From Eledone cirrhosa (lineage: Eukaryota), in NCBI GenBank assembly GCA_964016885.1, contig OZ024743.1, positions 27,342,001-27,406,000 on the forward strand: DNA of 64,000 nt, read 5' to 3'. A model generated the notes under the pieces. That model made no database searches. It worked only from the letters and a program-made list of their open reading frames with translations, and was not told where the DNA came from. Every line of letters starts with the position of its first letter. The stretch's first letter is position 1. The translations under genes and the position numbers were made by a program. Of the stretch, positions 1 through 13,604 are shown in pieces.

Positions 1-690
1 CATCACACAGAAATTACCCAGCATCCCACCACATTCTGTACGGAACTACCTTAGGGACCCACCCACGGACATACACTAAAAATAATTTTTTTTCCCACAC
101 GTCACCTACATCCACAACACGTATAAACACCACACACACGTACGTACCACCACATATTTACACACTCAGCCTCCGGAACCCTCTCCCCCACCCTTATGAC
201 CCCTTCCCGTCCACACACGCACACATACACACCGACCTACACCCCACCCGACACACCTTTTCCTGAACATGCAACCCCGTTCTTTCCCCCAATTCTTACT
301 TTCGCATACACACACACACACGTACACCTACACACACACACCACCTTCAGCCCTCCCCGCTCAGACACCCCGCCTCCCTCTCCCCACCCCACCCGCCACC
401 ACCCCTACACGCCCCAGACCCTTCTATCACTTGTTTTACTTCATGTTTATTTTTATTTTTATTATGCTTTTATATTTAATTTCATTTGTACCGTTTCCTC
501 TCACCCTCTTTTTTCTATGTCTCTCCACCACTCCCCTACACACCCTTGGAATTCTCTTCCCACACTCTTTTCACCTGAAGAAGGGCTTATGCCCGAAACG
601 TCGTTCCCCACCACCACCCCACTCTCAAGAGCGTGAAACTAATAAACCTTTGTTCGTACTGCCTCTCTGTTTTGTACCCGGTCAATTTTT

Positions 691-692
<2 letters not shown>
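1..692 (+). mobile_element. 3' end (UTR/pLTR) of Neptune-type Penelope-like element, same family as 13605-16090
   Basis: Collinear similarity to about 15315-16090 (e.g. accttcagccctccccgctc, gggcttatgcccgaaacgtcg, aataaa, gtactgcctctctgttttgt); ends in (TA)n. Confidence 0.8.
572..605 (+). ncRNA. Minimal type I hammerhead ribozyme in PLE pLTR
   Basis: CTGAAGA(575-581)-A-GGGC ttat GCCC-GAAA-CGTC; palindromic stem III (ACGT); stem I only about 2 bp. Confidence 0.7.
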
Positions 693-1274
<582 letters not shown>

Positions 1275-1317
1275 AGAGTATTGAAGTTTGCTTGAAGCAT
1301 TGTGGAATAATAAATAA

Positions 1318-2136
1318 ATATCTTTAAGTCGTTTGGAAACCTCGACAATGCAAATGGGTAAATCTCCGGGTAACAAGATCCGGTGGTGGAGAGAGATGGA
1401 GATGTAAGTGGGTGTACGTTGAGATGCGTGGTGTGTAAAGATGTATAAATGTGTAGAAGAAAGAAGGGAAGAGTGTAAAGGATAAAATTAAAATAACAAC
1501 ACAAGAGAGAGTTACCTTGGGAGAGATTTAATAGTCCCTATATATTTCGGATTCACATCCATCAACTGGGGTTTTTTTTCCGGGGTAAAGGTTGTCTGTC
1601 GGACAGGTGCGAAACGCGTCCTCCGCTCTTTGTTGTTTTGAATATCTGAGGTATTCGGCAGAGCGCGCGTGCGCGTGAAATGGGGTCGGTCGGGCTGAGG
1701 TCACCGGCCGAATGAGGGAGTGGGGTGGCGCTAGCTGCCAGTCCATTCTCTGCCTGTTTGTTAAATGTTACTGTGTGTGTATGTGCGTGTGTTGTTGTCT
1801 CGCTTGAGTGTGTGTGTGTGCGTGTGTAGTTGCCTTGTTCCTCTGTATTGGGAGTGTAGCATGTTCGTATGGTGGAATGCTACTGTGTGTGTGTGTGTAG
1901 TTGTCTCGTTTGTGTGTGCGTGTGTTGTGTGTTGCTACATCGTTTGTTAACTTAAACCAGCCATCTCATTTCGCTTCTCTCTAATCGGTTGTTTATTTGC
2001 GGTTGCAGGCGTTTGATAAAAAGTGCGTCCTTGATAAGTAACGTGCCGACGTTTCTTTCAGTCGCTAGAATTGTGACAATGGGCCTTCCGTCTTTGATTT
2101 ACCCTTTTGCATTGTCGAGGCTTCCAAACGACTTAA

Positions 2137-2140
<4 letters not shown>
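1318..2140. mobile_element. Element with about 45-bp terminal inverted repeats near (TA)n tracts (probable PLE-derived fold-back)
   Basis: atctttaagtcgtttggaaacctcgacaatgcaaatgggtaaatc (about 1320-1364) is the near reverse complement of 2096-2140; internal GAAACGCGTC half-core. Confidence 0.45.
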
Positions 2141-2180
<40 letters not shown>

Positions 2181-2237
2181 GGAGAGAGAGTGAGAGAGAG
2201 AGAGAGCGAGAGAGAGAGATAAGAGTCACAGGGAGAG

Positions 2238-2329
<92 letters not shown>

Positions 2330-2386
2330 GAAAGGTATAGAAATTGTTGTAGCGAGAAGCTAACAGTATTCCATAACATAAGAGGC

Positions 2387-2433
<47 letters not shown>

Positions 2434-2911
2434 CCTCTTCCTCGCACTTTCACTCACTCACTCTATGCTACTCACCCTCTCTCGCACTTCCACCATCGTC
2501 CCACACCGTACGCGATCCTTTCCTCGCCCACATCCATACGGCTAAGATGTGTCTTTACCTTCTCATCACAATTCGCCCGTTCTTATGTTCGAAATGAATT
2601 ATTGACTTAATATTTTCATTTTTTCCTCTCTTTACGTTGCCTCACCATTCGTGTTTGTTGACCTGTCTCGCTTTCTCCACCCAACTCTTTTTATCCCAAT
2701 AACTTATTTTAGTTATTGTATCGCCCTAGCTGGAGATATACTGTCTGTAATGCGAAGAAATACCTATGGTCGCTAGTAGACAACTGATGACGCATATTCC
2801 TAACCTCTATTTCTAATTCTTTATTTATTATATATATAAGTTGATTCCGGGTTCAATCGGGGGTAACCACAGTAAGTAAGGTACTCAATACAAAGCAGAG
2901 TATACATATTT

Positions 2912-3013
2912 AAGGCTTCTACAGGACTAGAACTGTTTCATTCGGGAGAAATCATCAGGAAGCTTCCTGATGATTTCTCCCGAATGAAACAGTTCTAGTC
3001 CTGTAGAAGCCTT
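2912..3013. ncRNA. Perfect 102-bp palindrome made of two back-to-back type I hammerheads
   Basis: Plus-strand HHR: stem I GCTTC/GAAGC, CTGATGA 2967-2973, stem II TTC-tccc-GAA, GAAA, stem III ACAG/CTGT, GTA triplet 3003-3005; mirror copy on minus; axis 2962/2963. Confidence 0.85.
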
Positions 3014-3018
3014 TCTAT

Positions 3019-3124
<106 letters not shown>

Positions 3125-4505
3125 AATATATATATAGAAATATATTACAAAGTAACTAGCTAGAAGTAAATGGGATATAGTGCAAATATTGGAAAATAAG
3201 CCAGTAAAGAAAGAGTAGTGGCGAAAATGACAAGTAGCTTTGTCTGAAGAGTATGCACACAAAGTTATACATACATGCAGCTTGTATACATACAATGTAT
3301 ACATGCACCGTATATACATACAAACCCAAATTTCTTACATCTCAGCCAGAAACTTGTGTTAACTTACAAACTTTCTTTTGATTATCTCCTAGGAGTCCAC
3401 GATCTTTTTGTTTTTGTACATGAAGTATTTAACATTTATTTACAGAGAAATAGATTGTACAGCTTCGCTACAGATATATCGTATATCAAGTCGCCGACGG
3501 TTTAAGACACTAATATGTGTTCTTCGGCAGGCATCTTCATGCACTTACATGGTTCAATAGTCTGAAGTAGTATGAAGCTATTAACATTTTCTGCTTTGTA
3601 TTCTACATACATTTTGCAATGAATTTTCAATAACAAAAATCCACTACCAATAAAACACCACCAGCAACTTTTATATTTGGGGAGAACACGCTGTCCTAAT
3701 GTTGCCAAAAGTCACTCTCACTTTGAGTGTGTTTTATTAGTATTTTTGGCAATATTAGAACATGACCCTCCCAAATATAACAATATCTGTCTCAACACAC
3801 GATTTCATATAAAATAAAAATCTTTCAAAACAAATACCTTGCCACCACCAGAAATAATAGGCCTCAATTGGATTACTGATACATATTAGTCTCAATAAAT
3901 CTCCCCAAATCTCATTCTAACATAATCAAAAGTAAGGAACAATTGGATACCATAATCCTACATGTTCTTCTCGCCAATTGCATTATCACGGCTGAAACGC
4001 CTTTGATTATTCCCGCTTGATCTAGTTTTTCCTAATAATAAAAAATAAAATGACACAACACAGTAACTCGATAAACAACACCTGGACTAATTCATTGTCT
4101 TTACTTTCTTTTGCCCAATATGGAAAATTGGGTAACAAGTGATCCCCCTCCTACACAATCACAAACTCTATAACGTGTCTACGCTGAGGCTCGATCAAGG
4201 TCAAACAGGTCTACCTCTACAGACTTCAATCAAGCTTGCTTTTTCTCATACGTTCTCACTTCACTTAGGAGTTATTCACCAAATTTCTGCAGTTTTAGGA
4301 AGAAAAAAGCATTCAGTATAGTAAATCATATTAAAGAATGGCTTGGTTTCATCTGGAGAAAAACACAGACCTGACAGCCACTTAGTGAATCCTAACCGAA
4401 TTCATTATATACATGTCAGAAGGCTGATTTTCTAGAAAAGTGCATTTTTAAGACTGTGGGTGCCTGTGTGTGTCTGTGAGGGGAGAGAGAGAGCAGGGGG
4501 GGTTC

Positions 4506-4538
<33 letters not shown>

Positions 4539-4715
4539 GCACGTGCAATTTTATGGTGTAGTATAGGAGGAAATCGATTTTTCTATAAAAAACTTTCGTT
4601 ATCATCTACAACTATCTATGTATATGTCTATTTACCTATTTATCTCTCTCTCTCGCCCTCTCTCTGACTCTTTTTTAATATAAGTACACTTTCAAATATG
4701 CATCACACACACACA

Positions 4716-4814
<99 letters not shown>

Positions 4815-5077
4815 AATGTGTCTCTGTGAACATACACATATATATGTATGTATGCAAGTAAATAAGTATTTATTCATATGTGTGTCTGTGTAGTTATACG
4901 CATCTTCGTGTGACAGACATAGCTAGTATATGTTGTGTACATATTCGTTTGTGACTATTCTGTCTGTTGCATGTATGCATTTCTCTTTGAGTACATATAC
5001 ATATATGAGTATATGCTTCTAAACACGCACATACACACACATATATATATATATATACATATCTATATACATATATA

Positions 5078-5150
<73 letters not shown>

Positions 5151-5350
5151 CCAAAAGTTAAACAAGGTTCATTGATTAATCAGACTACCAAGACTGGAAT
5201 TGAACCATAAGCACAGTTGAGGTATATCATACACCAATTTATTTATTTTATCTGATGCGCACGTACTGAAAAACAACAGAGTACCTCCGAAATATATATA
5301 ATAAAATATATTTTGATTACGTGAATGTCTATATTTATTAATATTTTGAA

Positions 5351-5358
<8 letters not shown>

Positions 5359-5424
<66 letters not shown>

Positions 5425-5425
5425 A

Positions 5426-5492
<67 letters not shown>

Positions 5493-5584
5493 ATATATGT
5501 ATATATTTATATATATATATATAAATATACATATTTACATATATATATAAACATATATATATGCATATATATACATATACACAC

Positions 5585-5641
<57 letters not shown>

Positions 5642-5790
5642 TACATATATACATATATATACATATATACATATATATATGCATATATATACATATATAC
5701 ACATATATATACATATATATAGATATGTATACACATATGTATATATATATACATACACACATTTATATATATATACACACACACACACAC

Positions 5791-5865
<75 letters not shown>

Positions 5866-5887
5866 CACACACATGTATATATATATA
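5359..5887. repeat. Compound (TA)n/(CATA)n/(CA)n microsatellite
   Basis: Direct reading. Confidence 0.95.
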
Positions 5888-6167
5888 CGTGGGTGGGTGT
5901 ACGTGTGTGAGTGTCTGCAGATAAAATCCAAAACCCTCTTCCGTACCAATTCGGATGTAACAGACTCCTATATACACACTCCACATTAGTGATTGGGAGT
6001 TCATTTTAGTTCATAAGAAGTCTTTTTTCATTCTTTTTCTTGTTCTCAAAGCGACTGCGTTGCAGAAATTTTCTATTGAGAAGAGCAGCGAATTGAAAAT
6101 TTGACCTCAGCAAGCAAAAAACAAAAAACAAAAAACAAAAACAAAAAAAAAAACAAAAAAAAAAACA

Positions 6168-6199
<32 letters not shown>

Positions 6200-6435
6200 A
6201 CAAAAAACAAAAAAACAAAAACAACAAAAAACAACAACAACAAAAAAGAAAACCACAAGCAAAAAACAAAAAAAACAAAAAACGATACTCCAAATGTGTG
6301 TATTCGATCTTTGTCGATTCCTATGACGATTGTTCCAGTTGTCAGCTCAATAGAACAGGCGGGTCGTAAAATTAACGTGCTATCATGCAAGAAGCTGAAC
6401 ATTCCATAGACACGTGTAACCTTAATACAAATCTC

Positions 6436-6465
<30 letters not shown>

Positions 6466-6468
<3 letters not shown>

Positions 6469-6888
6469 ATGATATTAAATAAATGGAAACTATATTTATA
6501 AAACCATATTTAATCTATTATATATATTTCAAGGGTACCAAAAACTTTGGTACGCTTTCATCAGATAAAATACAAAGTGTGTTTTATAAATTTTGACATA
6601 GCCAAGGAAACATACCTTATCAGTTGAATTTTCCTTGGATATCCAAGGAAAATTCAACTGATAAGGTATGTTTCCTTGGCTAAACACACTTTGTATTTTA
6701 TCTGATGAAAGCGTACCAAAGTTTTTGGTTCTCTTGAAATATATATAATAGAATAAATATGGTTTTATAAATATAGTTTCCATTTATTTAATATCATTGA
6801 ATATTTACTCCAGAAACTGTCGAGTGCTCTGAATCAGTTATAAACATTTATATTTGTTGAATTTCCAACAAATTAAATATCCCTTCTA

Positions 6889-6892
<4 letters not shown>
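6466..6892. mobile_element. Fold-back pLTR cassette (family A variant) with two hammerheads
   Basis: Perfect 84-bp central palindrome 6599-6682 extended by imperfect arms; HHR plus CTGATGA 6702-6708...GAAA 6736-6739 TATATA TA with 8-bp stem I; HHR minus 6520-6572. Confidence 0.8.
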
Positions 6893-6937
<45 letters not shown>

Positions 6938-6942
<5 letters not shown>

Positions 6943-7377
6943 AGTATTGCCTGTGTGAAGAGATCGTTTCTGCGCATGCGCGTTCTTACGGTTGTCCTTC
7001 CTGTTCCGTATAACCATGTCCATTATGAGCTGAGGATCCGCTAGGGTGAAACAATTGTTCTCGGTATGGTGAATTAACTGTTGTGCAACAACTTCTACCT
7101 TACTCGACCCATACGGATATTACCTTCCAGTGTTCTACCACTATATATATATAGTGGTAGAACACTTGAAGGTAATATCCATAGTGGTAGAGCACTCAGT
7201 CCAAGGGACGAGTTAGGTAGAAGTTGTTGCACAACAGTTAGTTCACCATACCGAGAACAATTGTTTCACCTTAGCGGATCCTCAGCTCATAATGGACATG
7301 GTTATAGGGAACAGGAAGGACAACCGTACGCACGCGCATGCGCAGAAACGATCTCTTCACACAGGCAATACTAAATT
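6938..7377. mobile_element. Tail-to-tail inverted pLTR pair (family B) with two hammerheads, centred on short (TA)n
   Basis: Arms about 6938-7142 and 7153-7377; HHR plus GAG-CTGAGGA(7030)-TCCGCTAGGGT-GAAA-CAATTG-TT-CTC; HHR minus 7253-7288. Confidence 0.8.
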
Positions 7378-7457
7378 GGGTGCGAGAGCTATAAGGGAGA
7401 TAACTGCGAAAGTCCGAAAGTTTCTAAGTGATAAGAACATGAGGGTGTTGTTGTAAT

Positions 7458-7700
7458 TCAATCCGGAGCTTTATAGTTATGTAAGAGGTGTTTCAAGACG
7501 CGTGGACAACGTGTGAAGAATTCATTTCTAGGGTTTAGGCAATCAGTATTGCGTAATCTCTTTACAATATTTATTCGTTCATCAATACATAGTCCACACG
7601 ACGGATTGCCCCTTGCGTATGGCTTGGACTTAGTGATGGCTTTCCATTGAATGGAGTAGTCTATACTTGAGTCCTTGAGGGACCATACGTGGCTCGCGAT
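7458..7700 (-). pseudogene. C-terminal GIY-YIG fragment of a Hydra-type PLE, leading into the family B pLTR
   Basis: Manual translation IASHVWSLKDSSIDYSIQWKAITKSKPYARGNPSCGLCIDERINIVKRLRNTDCLNPRNEFFTRCPRVLKHLLHNYKAPD*, homologous to the C-terminus at 12052-12363. Confidence 0.8.
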
Positions 7701-7739
7701 GGTTCAGGAAGTGTTCCTTAAATCGGCCCTACCTTCTGG

Positions 7740-7987
7740 ATAGCCGTGATACCTGGACACATTTTAAATTTCAAATTTTAAATTTGTTTCGCAACAATTA
7801 AGTGAAAATTCCCATTCCTGTGCTCTTCTGCAAGTATCCAGAAATTGGTAAGTTTCACTTCAAAATAATTAAGCGGACTGAGAGAAATGTGTAGTTGGAC
7901 GCACATGTGTCACAGCGCCTAGCTCGTCCCATACTCGTGCCGCTATATCTAGCAGCCGGTTTAAATTTGTCCAGGTATCACGGCTAT
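7740..7987. mobile_element. MITE-like element with perfect 20-bp TIRs
   Basis: ATAGCCGTGATACCTGGACA (7740-7759) / TGTCCAGGTATCACGGCTAT (7968-7987); superfamily unclear. Confidence 0.7.
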
Positions 7988-8237
7988 TGCCAATATAGGT
8001 TTGTTTTTGTTGATTTATTATTTTAAATCGAGACAGGCAAACCGTATTGTTTTAATTAGTATTTTTCAATCTAGCTAACTTAGTCATTTGCAATGCGAAC
8101 ACATGTATACTTGTATCAGTGTTTATCCCTATCATATATTCATTTGTATTACACGGCTCGGAAATATTCCTTTCTTTGAGCTAATTAATTGTAAGAGACT
8201 ATTTGAGTTTATAACTCTATATATAATATATATATAT

Positions 8238-8268
<31 letters not shown>

Positions 8269-8324
8269 CATACATATATATATATATGTATATATATGTA
8301 TATATATATATACATATATGTATG

Positions 8325-8560
8325 CAAAAGTTTTATTTAAAATTGTTGGGTTACAACAAGTAAATATTTTATAACTGATATAAAGCACTCGACAAGTTTT
8401 GGAGTAGATATACGATATTAAACAAATGGAAACTATATTTATAAAACCATATTTATTTCATTATACATATTTCGGGGATACCATATTAAAAATATGGCAT
8501 GCCTTCTTCAGATAAATACAATATATAAACAGTTTTATAAATAATTTTGACGTACCATAA
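8325..8560 (-). mobile_element. Family A pLTR with hammerhead
   Basis: Matches 733-935; minus-strand CTGAAGA(8505-8511)-AGGCATGCCATAT ttttaATATGGTATCCCC-GAAA-TATGTA-TA. Confidence 0.75.
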
Positions 8561-9961
8561 ATATTGAGTAACCGTTATGTAGGAAGCCGGTTTGGTAGTG
8601 AGATGCTTATAAATATTTAGTGTTAAGCACAGTTAAAAAGAAAGACGGAGAAAAAGAAGAAATGTATGTAAAGAAGAACAGAGAGAAATAGAGAGAGATA
8701 GGGGAGAGAGAAATAGTGAGGAGGTGAAAAAAGAGATGCAGCTGAAGGCAACAGATGAATAATAATAATTCATCATACAAATTGAGAGATTTAGGAGGGA
8801 GGGAGTACTGTAATTATGTAGTTGTAGTGTTAAGGACAGTTAGGGAGGAGACGGAGAGAAATAAAAAATAAAGAGAAAACAGAGAGAGAGAAAGATAGAG
8901 GTGGGGGAAAAAAGAAAGAGGTAGACCAAATAATAATAATTATATAGGGGGAGGTGAAAATCAAGAGAGAAATACAAGAGAGAAATAGGAGAGAAATAAG
9001 AGAGAAACTTGAGAGGCAAAGTCAGAACAACAGATACATAGACTTCATCATATATAAAGAGGGAGGAGAAGAAAGAGCTATATCTAGAGAGAGGGATGAT
9101 AGATTTACATCTTTACGTTATGTCCTATCAATTTGAATTATCAATTCTTATGAACTGGGTAATATAATGTAAATATCAATATTCATGAATGAGACATAGA
9201 TATATAATGTGTGAAAATAATTTTGCTCAATAATGACCATATGTTTAGTTTAAAATTCTGAGGTCGATGTACCAAAAACTGAGATAAAACTTCAAAAAAA
9301 TACGGAAATATATAAGTATATACATACACATGCATATGCACTTTCCGGAAAAGGAAAGAAAGAGAGAAAGAGAAGGTCATCTAAAGTTCTAGTTGATATT
9401 ATAGACATACCCATGATTTTACGTGATCAACTCTGTAATTTCTTGTTTCACAAAAAAAAATTTTTTCCTTGTGTTATAAAAGATTTCACTATATATATAT
9501 ACATAAAAAATAAACGATTAATATTCTTGCCCTCACATACACGATTATCGTTCATGTATAGAATATTATGCATATCTGTAACATATCCAGAACTATACCC
9601 ACACATACATATAGATATATATGTATATATATATGCACATATACAGGTACATGGACAGATAAAATATACTCTGTAATCATTCCATCTGCATATTAATACA
9701 TATGGCCTTTGTACAGAGACAACCAGATATCAATATATCAGCACAGAAATATCAAAACGTTAAAATATTTTCATCACTCCCTAGAGTATCTCGGGCCACA
9801 AAAAACACAGTATGCCCCTTATATCAACCACAGTAAGCGCTCAACCGTTAAGGAGCAAGTTAATGTAAACTCACCTCCTACATTAACTTGCTCCTTAACG
9901 GTTGAGCGCTTACTCTCATATTGGATACCTTTTGATGGTCCTTCACCTCTTCTTCTACAAC

Positions 9962-12363
9962 ATGGATTATTACAACATAACCAATTCAACTAAAGACATT
10001 CCTATACCTGGTAAATCTGAATTCACCAAACTTCTTATTGAAAAAACTGACTCCTTCGTAAGAAGACTTAGATGGACAGCCTATTTCTATGACCAGCGCC
10101 TAAAAGGGAACTTTTATACCAAAGAACACAACTTCCTCGATCATCTTTTTAATTCTAGACGAAATCCTCCTTCCAACAAAAATCTAGTACAATTCGAGGA
10201 AGAATTAACTAAAATAATAAAAAATCTTAAATTCAAGAGATACCCTTACAAAGGACAAGAGCACCTTGTAAATCTCAAGAACACAATCTCTAACCTAAAT
10301 TCCTCAAAAAATGTTTTAGTCCACTCTGACAAAACCAATAATCTATATGGTATTTCCAAGGATAATTATAACAACCTTATCCTAAAGGAACTTAGGAAAA
10401 AGTATCGTAAAACCAACCATGAAAATTTAGAATGCATAAACCTTGAAGCCTATGAGATTATGTCAAAACTTGGCATTGAAAAAAAGACCGAACCATTCCT
10501 CCCAAGAACTCCGAGGATAAATCTCAAGGATCACAAAAACAATTTTCGCACTGAACTACCTGTTAGATTAATCGCCCCCTCTAAATCTGATCTGGGGGTT
10601 GTTAGTAAAGCCATCTTGGATAGAATTATCCCACAGGTTAGTTCTAATTGCTCTTCTTTGAACCTAAATTTATGGTTTGGTACTTCTGAAGTGATTGGCT
10701 GGTTCAACAAATTGGATAATAAAAACAAACTAAAATTTATTCAATTTGATATTGCCAGCTACTATTCCTCCATTTCGCCTTCACTTCTCAATAATGCTCT
10801 ATCTTTCGCACTTAAATATTCTGACATCACCACAGATGAACTTCACATCATCCTCACCGCACGTAAAACCATCCTAGAGTTCAACAACGAATATTGGACC
10901 AGAGCCGATATCTCTAACAACTTCGACATCACAATGGGAGCATCCGATTCATCCCAATTGACTGATTTAATTGGTATCTTCATTTTGAACTCTTTGAGTC
11001 GGAAAATTCCTCAACTTCGCGGTGGAATTTATCGTGACGATGGACTCTTTACTATCCTAAATTGCAATATAGTTAACCTTAATATTATTAAGAACAATAT
11101 ACGTAATCTCTTTAACCAACATAACCTAAAAATTGAATTTGATAATAGTATCAAACTAGCTAATTTCTTGGATGTATCTCTTAATCTTGACACTGGCCTA
11201 TATTACCCTTACCATAAAAACAATGAGAACCTTAATTATGTTAACTTTAAATCTAACCATCCTACCAATATCAAGAATGCTATAGTTAATAATATTGGAA
11301 ATAGAATATCTAACATATCTTCTAATAAAAACATCTTTGATGCTAACGCCAATTACTATAATAACGCACTTTCTAAAGCCGGCTATCCAGATAAAATCAA
11401 ATATAGTAAAGAAACAAATTCTAGAAAAACTTACAGTAGAACAATTAATCATGACCATTCCAATAATTTTAATAAAAGACCTAGATACAAAAACATAATC
11501 TGGTATAATGCTCCTTTCTCCATCTCTATTAATAACAATATTCCTAAATTATTTTTTAGTGCCTTAAATAAATGCTTCCCCCCCTCACATATCTATAGTA
11601 AAATATTTAACAAACACACCATCAAATTTTCGTATTCTACATCCTCCAATATTTCCAACATCATCTCTAAACACAACAATAAAATACTAAATACTAAATC
11701 TCTTCCTTCCAACATTGAATTTCATAATAACAGTAATAGTACTCCCGACGTCATTGTAAACCCTAGGCTAACTTCTGTAAACCCAAATACAACGTCAAAC
11801 ACAACTTCGCTAAATGTTCATAATCCAACTCTAAATCAAGAAACTATTATTCCTATTATTCCTATCGCAAACAACTTCTCCAATCCAATTCCTTCTATAG
11901 ATAACACTAGATCACTCATTAATAATCTCTCTAATTGCAACTGCCGCATTAAAAATAAATGTCCTCTCAACAACCATTGTCTCGATAAAAACTTAATTTA
12001 TGAATGTAAAATTATAACTAGCACCAATTCCTTCACCTATTTTGGTTCCATTCCACCTCTTTTAAAGCTCGTCTCTATAATCATCATTCATCTTTCAAAT
12101 ACAAACGTAAAAGAACTAACACTGCTCTCTCAGAACTCATATGGTCCTTAAAAGACAAAAACATTAAATATACCATCTTTTGGAAGAAGATTTCTTCTGC
12201 ATCCTCATACTTGAACAGCTCTCTATCTAAAATCTGTAATCTCTGCCTAAATGAAAAATTTACCATTATCTCTAACCTAGATTCTATAATAAATAGACGC
12301 ACAGATTTGTTTTCTATCTGCCTGCATAAATTCCACAGAACTTTTCACAAAGTATACAGTTAA
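9962..12363 (+). pseudogene. PLE reverse transcriptase + C-terminal GIY-YIG endonuclease, single frameshift near 12050
   Basis: KDIPIP...RRLRWTAYF N-terminus, FDIASYY, TMGASDS, YRDD, FLDV; CNCRIKNKCPLNNHC linker; LIYECK...YFGS; alternate frame continues STSFKARLYNH...CNLCLNE...INRR* to 12363. Confidence 0.9.
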
Positions 12364-13383
12364 TATTCAATTCTTTATCAATTTAGAATCTTTTCTCAAA
12401 GGCACATATACATACACCTCTTTAAAATATACCCATCTACCTTACTTTAAAGGGCATTATACACTCTATAATACTTATTTACTCATTACCCTCATTCTAT
12501 CTTCACCTTGTAAAATCATAACATATACATTTGTTGTTTTTTGACGTTAGAATATTCATCCGCAATCATTATTTTTTCTCTCTATCATAAATCTTTTTAA
12601 TCTCAATTTCATCCTTAATTTATTATTTTTTTCTCCCCATCAACGAACTCATTATTAATACATATTAACTCTTTATTCGCATATATTATGAATTCAACCA
12701 ATATACAAACTTTAACTTCACATTATTTTTCTCAAATCCTTCTACACACAAACCTTAATAATTTTTCTCTTCGTTAATTTTGAAATTGCCACAATACATA
12801 CATTTCTTTTTTTGACGTTAGAATATTCATCCACAATTATTATTTTTTTCTCTCTATCTTCATACATAATTTCCCTTCGTTAATTTTCAAATTCCTTTAA
12901 TTTATACATTATCTTCCAACGGTTCCTAACCTCTCTATGTTAAAACAATATATCTTTTTCTCAGTTATAAAAACTATCTCTTTCTCTCTATCACCCATCT
13001 CTCCCTCTCCACCTTCACTCTCATCTCCTCCCCCTTTTTTTCATCCTTTCCACCCCCCCCTCCCTAAATAAAATATTTTTTCCTCGCACATATCCTCCCT
13101 TCGTTAATTTTCAAAATTTTTAATTTATACAGTATCTTCCAACGGTTTTCAACCTCTCTATGTAAAAAATATATCTCCTCTCAGTTATAAAAACTATCTC
13201 TTTCTCTCTATCACCCATCTCTCCCTCTCATCTCCTTCCCTTTTCATCCTTTCCAACCCCCCCCCCTCTCTAAATAAAATATTTTTTTCCCAATATCACA
13301 CATCAATCTAAAACCACTTTTCATATGTTGATTTAAAACTGCACTATCCACAAGTGTTTTTTAGCCTTCATATCATGTTCTCC

Positions 13384-13454
13384 TGTTTTATCTGATGAAA
13401 ACACAAATATTATTGCATGATGATGTTTGTTTTTGAAATGCGCATAATAAAATA
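13384..13454 (+). ncRNA. Type I hammerhead ribozyme in Hydra-type pLTR
   Basis: Stem I TGTTTTAT/ATAAAATA, CTGATGA 13392-13398, long stem II, GAAA 13435-13438, palindromic TGCGCA, TA cleavage after 13446. Confidence 0.85.
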
Positions 13455-13604
13455 CATGGAACTCCTTTAACCATCTTTTGATCTTATATTATGCATACTC
13501 CAGTCCTACAAACTGTAGAGTGCTTCTTATCCGATATCTGCATTGCTTTATTGTACTACAATAAAACTCACCTCCTACATATATATATATATATATATAT
13601 ATAT

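Larger units (their letters stand above)
9867..13580 (+). mobile_element. Near full-length Hydra-type Penelope-like element
   Basis: Terminal aaactcacctcctacat at both ends (9867-9883 and 13565-13581), RT+GIY-YIG ORF, about 1.2-kb 3' UTR with HHR, ends in (TA)n. Confidence 0.85.

Noticed and set aside
2748-2798. Possible permuted (type II) hammerhead ATGCG-aaGAAA...GTC...CTGATGA-CGCAT
   Set aside because: Extra bases before GAAA and no credible stem I
3243-3280. CTGAAGA-GTATG...CATAC hairpin
   Set aside because: No GAAA or stem III follows
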